A DNA stretch of 64,000 nucleotides from TPA_inf: Saccharomyces. Lineage: Eukaryota. The notes under the pieces were generated by a model. The model saw only the letters and a list, made by a program, of their open reading frames with translations, did not search any database and had not been told where the DNA came from. The DNA lies in contig BK006948.2 in assembly GCA_000146045.2 (NCBI GenBank), positions 640,001-704,000 of the forward strand, given 5' to 3'. Shown here in pieces: positions 58,768 through 64,000 of the stretch. A program made the position numbers and the translations under genes. Every line of letters begins with the position of its first letter. The stretch's first letter is position 1.

Positions 58768-60567
58768 TTAGGCAATTTGTTTTTCACTGGAAGTAGAGGA
58801 TTCCTTTTCATTATCTTTCTGATGAACAATTTCAAACACTTTTGTGTTTTCTGAACTAGTTTTTGTCAACTCAGGTAGTTCATCATCGGAGCTCTCAGGT
58901 TTGTATTCGTGTCCACTTGTGAAGCATTCGCCTAATGTGTAAGCACGGATTTCTTCTTCAGAAATTTCACTGTATGGAACCATGCCCTTCTTCCTTGCTT
59001 CTTCGTCGGTAAACGCACCGTAGTAATCTTTGTCATCATGTTTGACAGTAATTTTGAATGGGAAGAGGAGGCATAGTCCCCAATAGACGAAAAAGGAAAT
59101 CAAAAAGGAGAAGAAAGAATCACCATAGAAAAAATTTATAATACCAGTGTTGTGGAAATAGTCATTATTGACTTCCCAAGCGATACCAGGTAGACCGGGA
59201 GCCATACCACACACCCAGGCAACGATAGCTCTCCAGTTGACACCCTTGGTAAAATAGTATTCACCCTTTAGAACAAAGGCATTGGTAACGGAGTATTGTC
59301 TCTTCCTGATGAGGAAATTATCACAGATCATGACAGTGATAATAGGTGTCATTACGACACCGAAAGAGCTCATAACAGTCAAGAAAGTAGAAGAAGAGTT
59401 GTAAAAGTTCCATGGCAAACAGGCCCAGGAGACGCATGCGGCAAAAATAGCACCTCTCTTAATATCAACATATTTCGGTAATAAACCAGCCAAATCCATA
59501 CCACTGGCAAACCCACAGTTGGAGATGGTATATGAAATTTGAGACATTACAAAACAAAAACCACAGAAGAATGTAGCTGCACGCGCGCCTGCAGAATAGT
59601 TAGTTGTCAACCAGTTGTCAAAGATGTCCATAGGCATCCAAAATGTTTGACCGTATAATTTTTCACAAGCAGAAGCACCAATGATACCGAATACTGGGAT
59701 CAAGGTTGCTGGTATTAGTAAAGCAACTATAGTACCAGTCCAGATAGCGCAATTAGAGGAACCAAATCTGGAGAAGTCACTTTGATTGGTACAGCCTGGA
59801 GAAACAGAACCGTACCAGTACGAGATCGTATAAACCCAAGCCCAAGCCTTTTTAGAGCCAGTAACTGTGGAATGAGTAGAAGTGAACAAGTCACCAACAC
59901 CATGTGCGCTCTTAGTTAAGTAAATTACCATACCCAACATGGCGAAGAAAGTACCAACACACGACCAAATTAAAATATAGTTCATATGGTATGGCTTCAT
60001 AAAGTAACAGAACGCGGTAAGGATATGGAAGATAATGAAGCCGATCAATTCCTTGGTGGTCATGGCAACTTTCGAGGACAAAGTATTGGGCAGATGCAAA
60101 TAGTGGTGAGACCAAGAATCTAATATCATGTTTACACAAAGCCCACCTAACCAAGCGTTGGAACCATAATAGACAATACTCATCAATATTCTGATAATGA
60201 TACCAAGAGCTGAACCGTAAATCCCAAAGACGAATCTTTGAGCTAGAGTGAAGCCGACCTTCCAGTCATAGCCAGGACAAGAGTTGGCTAAAGCAAACAG
60301 GATGGTCAACAAATCAGCAATAATAAACGCACCGATGGTCTCTGAGTAACTTAACCCAACAGTTAATGCAGACGAACCGCCTATCCACATACCAACGTTG
60401 AAGGACAGAACACCCCAATACGCAAAATTAGACCAAAACCCCCACGTTTGATTAACAGACTTGATAGGTTGCAAATCAGGGTTCCTTAAAAAATTCACGG
60501 AGGCCCTATTTTTAACAGGAATTTCCAAAAATCTCAAAGCCCTGGAGATTCTCGTACCGAAACTCAT
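58768..60567 (-). CDS. THI72: NCS1-family (nucleobase:cation symporter-1) thiamine/nucleoside transporter, 599 aa.
   Basis: 12-TM permease, 599 aa. Position and length match YOR192C. Confidence 0.88.
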   Translation of the reverse strand: MSFGTRISRALRFLEIPVKNRASVNFLRNPDLQPIKSVNQTWGFWSNFAYWGVLSFNVGMWIGGSSALTVGLSYSETIGAFIIADLLTILFALANSCPGYDWKVGFTLAQRFVFGIYGSALGIIIRILMSIVYYGSNAWLGGLCVNMILDSWSHHYLHLPNTLSSKVAMTTKELIGFIIFHILTAFCYFMKPYHMNYILIWSCVGTFFAMLGMVIYLTKSAHGVGDLFTSTHSTVTGSKKAWAWVYTISYWYGSVSPGCTNQSDFSRFGSSNCAIWTGTIVALLIPATLIPVFGIIGASACEKLYGQTFWMPMDIFDNWLTTNYSAGARAATFFCGFCFVMSQISYTISNCGFASGMDLAGLLPKYVDIKRGAIFAACVSWACLPWNFYNSSSTFLTVMSSFGVVMTPIITVMICDNFLIRKRQYSVTNAFVLKGEYYFTKGVNWRAIVAWVCGMAPGLPGIAWEVNNDYFHNTGIINFFYGDSFFSFLISFFVYWGLCLLFPFKITVKHDDKDYYGAFTDEEARKKGMVPYSEISEEEIRAYTLGECFTSGHEYKPESSDDELPELTKTSSENTKVFEIVHQKDNEKESSTSSEKQIA

Positions 60568-63429
60568 AATGGTGTAATGCTAGAGTTTTTTTTGCTTGAT
60601 AGTATATCAGATATGAGAGCAATAGATGATGATACAAGTTCTACAGTGGAAAATAACATGGTACACGCTCTTGGCAACATTGAAATTACAGCTCTCATAT
60701 ATAAAAAATGGAAAGAAAAAAGAGAAGAAAAAAGAGAAGAAATGAATTCTATTATGATAGCGAATGCAAAATATTCGTCCACATTCTTTTATCTATTGTC
60801 TTCCTTCTTTCTGTGCAACTACCAGAAAAAGCTATTTCATCTAGTCGAGTAGACTAATTAATGAATTATCTCGTCTTCCATATAAATTAATAAGGCAACC
60901 AGCAGGAGACGCCTATTGTTAAGCGTATTACGAAACCTGCGGATCTGTGCGCTATTGTTATGCCAGTGAAGGAGCCTGTCATCATGCACTCATGTGCCCG
61001 CGCGCGCGCTTCTGTGACTACAACTTATTGTAGGGCGTAGTACACTGACGCCTAGCGCTCAAAATACACATATGCAGTGTGGCCGACTATGCGATGAAGC
61101 GGAACAGTCTATCTTATGTGAATGGTTGCAAAATGCCGTTATATGGATACTACGGTGCGAACACGTATTTATAATAGGATAATCTTGTATCTATTCGTTT
61201 TATGCTACTAGTTCTAACCTTTAGGAAGTGTCCTTCACAATATCAGCCCTACATGCAGTGGTCTTCGTAAATCCTGTGAGGTTTTGTCTCATTTCTCTAT
61301 GCTGGAAGGGCTTCGTAGAAGATTCCGCAAAATAATGGAATTGAAGCCCTGCGCCAAGCAAGCCTCACGAGGATCGTCGGTTCTGAGACGTAACCACGCT
61401 CTTGAATCTTGTTTATGTGATCAGCAATGACGTCTTCGGTGGTAATACCATTTCATTCCGGAAAAGATGAGTTTGTAGTCGGTTAGGGAGTACCGTGGCG
61501 TCCTTTCCTATTTCTGCAAATTTGCTGTCCATGTTGGCAACTACTCTCAAAGGTGGCAACTGCTTAGTAAATAGCCATATCGCTCAGAGATACATATCAA
61601 GAAACTCTAGCCAGATGATCACGAATCCCGAAGCGATGTAATTTTCCGTGAGGCAGTCCTGAATCAGGCCGTAGATTGACTATTAGCATCTCTTTTTGAG
61701 TATGCTAAGAAGTAGAGGGCTACCTTATTCCCACACACTTTTTACCACGGGCGAAACATTTATTTTCAAGTCCCAGCACAGTGATGGGATGAAGTCCAGG
61801 ATGCGTCATACGGTCCTATGGCAAACTTCGGGGAAGGTTTAATATGCTGCTTTCAAGCAGGATTAACGGTAATCAACTCCCTAGGCAAATTGGCTCAACT
61901 CTGCCTATCTATCCACTGAGGATTTCAAATCCACCGAATGGGAGAATATGTCAGTGTCCATTTTGGAGTAAGGTATGAGTTCTTTTTTCGTCAGCTTTTC
62001 TTCTATATCTTACAATTGCTTATCTTAAACCACCGATATTTTTGCAGTCCCTTCATCATCGAGCACAATGGCCTATACGTTGAAATTTTGGTTTTGGTTT
62101 GAAGCCCACTCATCTTGGCATCGCTGACGTGTTTTCTTCCAAGATTTAAAGAGGACTACTCGGTGCAGGTGGACATCTCGAATGAATATGTTACCTAGCT
62201 TGATCTCCTCCATCAAATTACAACCTTTTTGCAGTGAATTTTGATACATGGATTTCGGAGCTTAAACACGTATTAACTGAAATTCAGGCATGGCGAGAAA
62301 ATTCCCATCAGAACTTGAAGAATACTCTAAATACTACTGAGATAAACCGAGAGGTGACGTGAAATTCTTCCCAGATGTTCAATATATTATGAAAAACCAT
62401 CCAGCTGAATTACCTCATTTGCAGATCAATTTCAAAGGCTTCGGTTCGGGGATAATGAGACATTCTGTCCAAAATGTCCCATTTATTACAGCCTCGGAAT
62501 TAAGGTGCTTGATACTGTTCTCATAAACATGTGACTGCATTGGTGGTTGATGGAGTAATGATACCACTGAGCGGTTTCAAATGCTAAAAGTCTTTTGAAG
62601 CTATCACAGTTACCCTCGGATTTGGCAGTCTAATTCAAGTGCCGTAGATACCGTGGCATTGAAATATTCGAGGCAGTTATTAGCAATGCTCAAGAGGATA
62701 TTATGCGGAGTGCTACCCTATTTGCATTTTTATGATGTCATTGACGATGCGAGAAAGTCTAACATGATTAGATTGGCACCTGCACATTATATATTGCGTT
62801 TCTGAACTTGTACATTGTAATGAATGTGTTTAGGAAACCGATGAGTAAATCATAAACCAAGGTGGGATCTCATTATCAATTTTTTTTTCATATCAGTTAC
62901 AATAAATATAACTTGAATAATTTTTCAATGATTGTCGAATTTCTAAAACATTCACACATTCTGAGAATAATAGAGCAAGGTTTTCGAAGATACAAACCCC
63001 ATTAGCACCCTAATTTGTTGTACTTGTGTTTTTTCACCACTAGCACATCGTTTTACGATTCTTGAAAGGCTAGATGGAATAGTGCAGAGCCCAAAGGATA
63101 ATATCCATAGTTAAACAGCCGTTCTTTGCGACCTGAATGATTGCTTACTTTGATTTTGTTGCATTACAGGCTTTGGTAATAGCAAAGTTTGTCGCCAAAT
63201 CTGTTTTACCGTTAGAAAAGCTACTTCTCTTCAAGACGTCATTCTCAGCTTGACCTACAGAATGCTACTTATCCAACATATCACGTAAAATCTAAGATAT
63301 ACTATATGATAGAAGCGCAGATTACCGGATCTAAAATAATTGTCTGGGTATTTATTCATGTGGGTTATTTATCCAAGCAAGAATTTGACCCAACGTGCTC
63401 TATCTTGTTTGATTCACTAAGGTTTCTAC

Positions 63430-63651
63430 TGTGAATTCTACGAATTTTGTGATAATGGTAGGGTTTCCATTCTTTTCAAAGGCTGTAATATTAGGTATAC
63501 AGAATATACTAGAAATTCTCCTCCAGGATATAGAAATCCCCAAAATGGAATCGGTAGTTCAACAAATAATATTACGATTATTTCTCAATCTTTATGCCAT
63601 CTTCTTTCACCGCATGTAATAGTATACTAGTAACACTAATACTATTTAACA
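63430..63651 (-). mobile_element. Ty1/Ty2-type delta LTR, reverse orientation, with an internal deletion; about 222 bp.
   Basis: The reverse complement reads 'tgttaaatagtattagtgttactagtatact...ggaggagaatttctagtatattctgtatacctaatattacagcctttgaaaagaatggaaaccctaccattatcacaaaattc...'. This is delta-like at both termini. Confidence 0.65.
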
Positions 63652-63764
63652 GATGACATTTTAGAGTTGGAGGAGAACTTCTAGTATATTCTGTATATAT
63701 AATATTATAGCCTTTATCAAAAATGGAATCCAAACAATTATCTCAAAATTCACCAATATCTTAC
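63652..63764 (+). mobile_element. 3' fragment of a delta LTR, forward orientation.
   Basis: '...ggaggagaacttctagtatattctgtatatataatattatagcctttatcaaaaatggaatccaaacaattatctcaaaattcacc...'. It abuts the reverse delta, the same nested architecture seen at 23995-24475. Confidence 0.6.
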
Positions 63765-63773
63765 GTTGATTCT

Positions 63774-64000
63774 GTTGGAACGAGAGTAATTAATAGTGAC
63801 ATGAGTTGCTATGGTAACAATCTAATGCTTACATCGTATATTAATGTACACCTCGTATACGTTTAAGTGTGATTGTGCCTATTGCAGAAGGAATGTTAAA
63901 CGAGAAGCTCAGACCATACTGAAGCTGTGTTAAAGACCTATTAGTTGAACATGATATGGTAGGTACATATATGAGGAATATGAGTCGTCACATCAATGTA
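63774..64000 (+). mobile_element. Start of a Ty4-type LTR (tau-like), truncated by the window edge.
   Basis: Begins 'tgttggaacgagagtaattaatagtgacatgagttgctatggtaacaatc...', which I recognise as a tau 5' end. Assigned from memory. Confidence 0.45.

Noticed and set aside
60564-60852. 72-aa minus-strand ORF (60564-60782) and 91-aa plus-strand ORF (60577-60852), immediately upstream of or overlapping the THI72 ATG.
   Set aside because: They lie in the THI72 promoter and 5' region, overlap each other on opposite strands, and have no recognisable features.
61975-62050. 'gtaaggtatgagt … ttttgcag' resembling a 5' splice site and a 3' splice site in the ORF-free interval.
   Set aside because: There is no TACTAAC branch point and no flanking coding exons.

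Overview
This window reads as ordinary S. cerevisiae nuclear DNA, and I found no evidence of a novel or foreign gene system in it. The protein set and gene order match the right arm of chromosome XV from YRR1 (YOR162C) to THI72 (YOR192C). Every long ORF translates to a protein I recognise from that region: YRR1 (truncated at the window edge), DDP1, GET4, SEY1, SWT1, RPS28A, GLN4, LCB4, YRM1, DCS2, MED4, ALE1, HEM15, MPC54, GAC1, SYC1, DCI1, LAS17, RPS30B (intron-containing, missed by the ORF track), FYV12, SER1, GSP2, YOR186W, TUF1, MSB1, IES4, SPR1, ULS1 and THI72. Other features are one tRNA-Val(AAC) gene with a cluster of Ty1/Ty2 solo LTRs just upstream of it, a second LTR cluster (delta plus a Ty4 tau start) at the window end, one spliceosomal intron in RPS30B, and a candidate H/ACA snoRNA between SER1 and GSP2. 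The supplied ORF track uses bacterial start codons: several ORFs start at GTG or TTG, so about eight N-termini are over-extended, and I corrected these to the first ATG that matches the known protein length. The points I would look at again are these: the FYV12 ORF fills the RPS30B/SER1 divergent promoter; a 2.5-kb interval downstream of THI72, adjacent to the terminal LTR cluster, has no ORF of 60 aa or more in the six-frame track and contains a (CG)5 tract; a cluster of GCAATGG/CCATTGC inverted repeats sits in the GSP2/YOR186W intergenic region; two gene-free intervals (upstream of GAC1 and between SYC1 and DCI1) contain GC-rich islands; and several promoter motifs (Abf1, STRE, MSE, Rap1-like, Gcn4 core) are visible directly. 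All identifications are from memory of yeast protein sequences and motif consensuses; no search was run.
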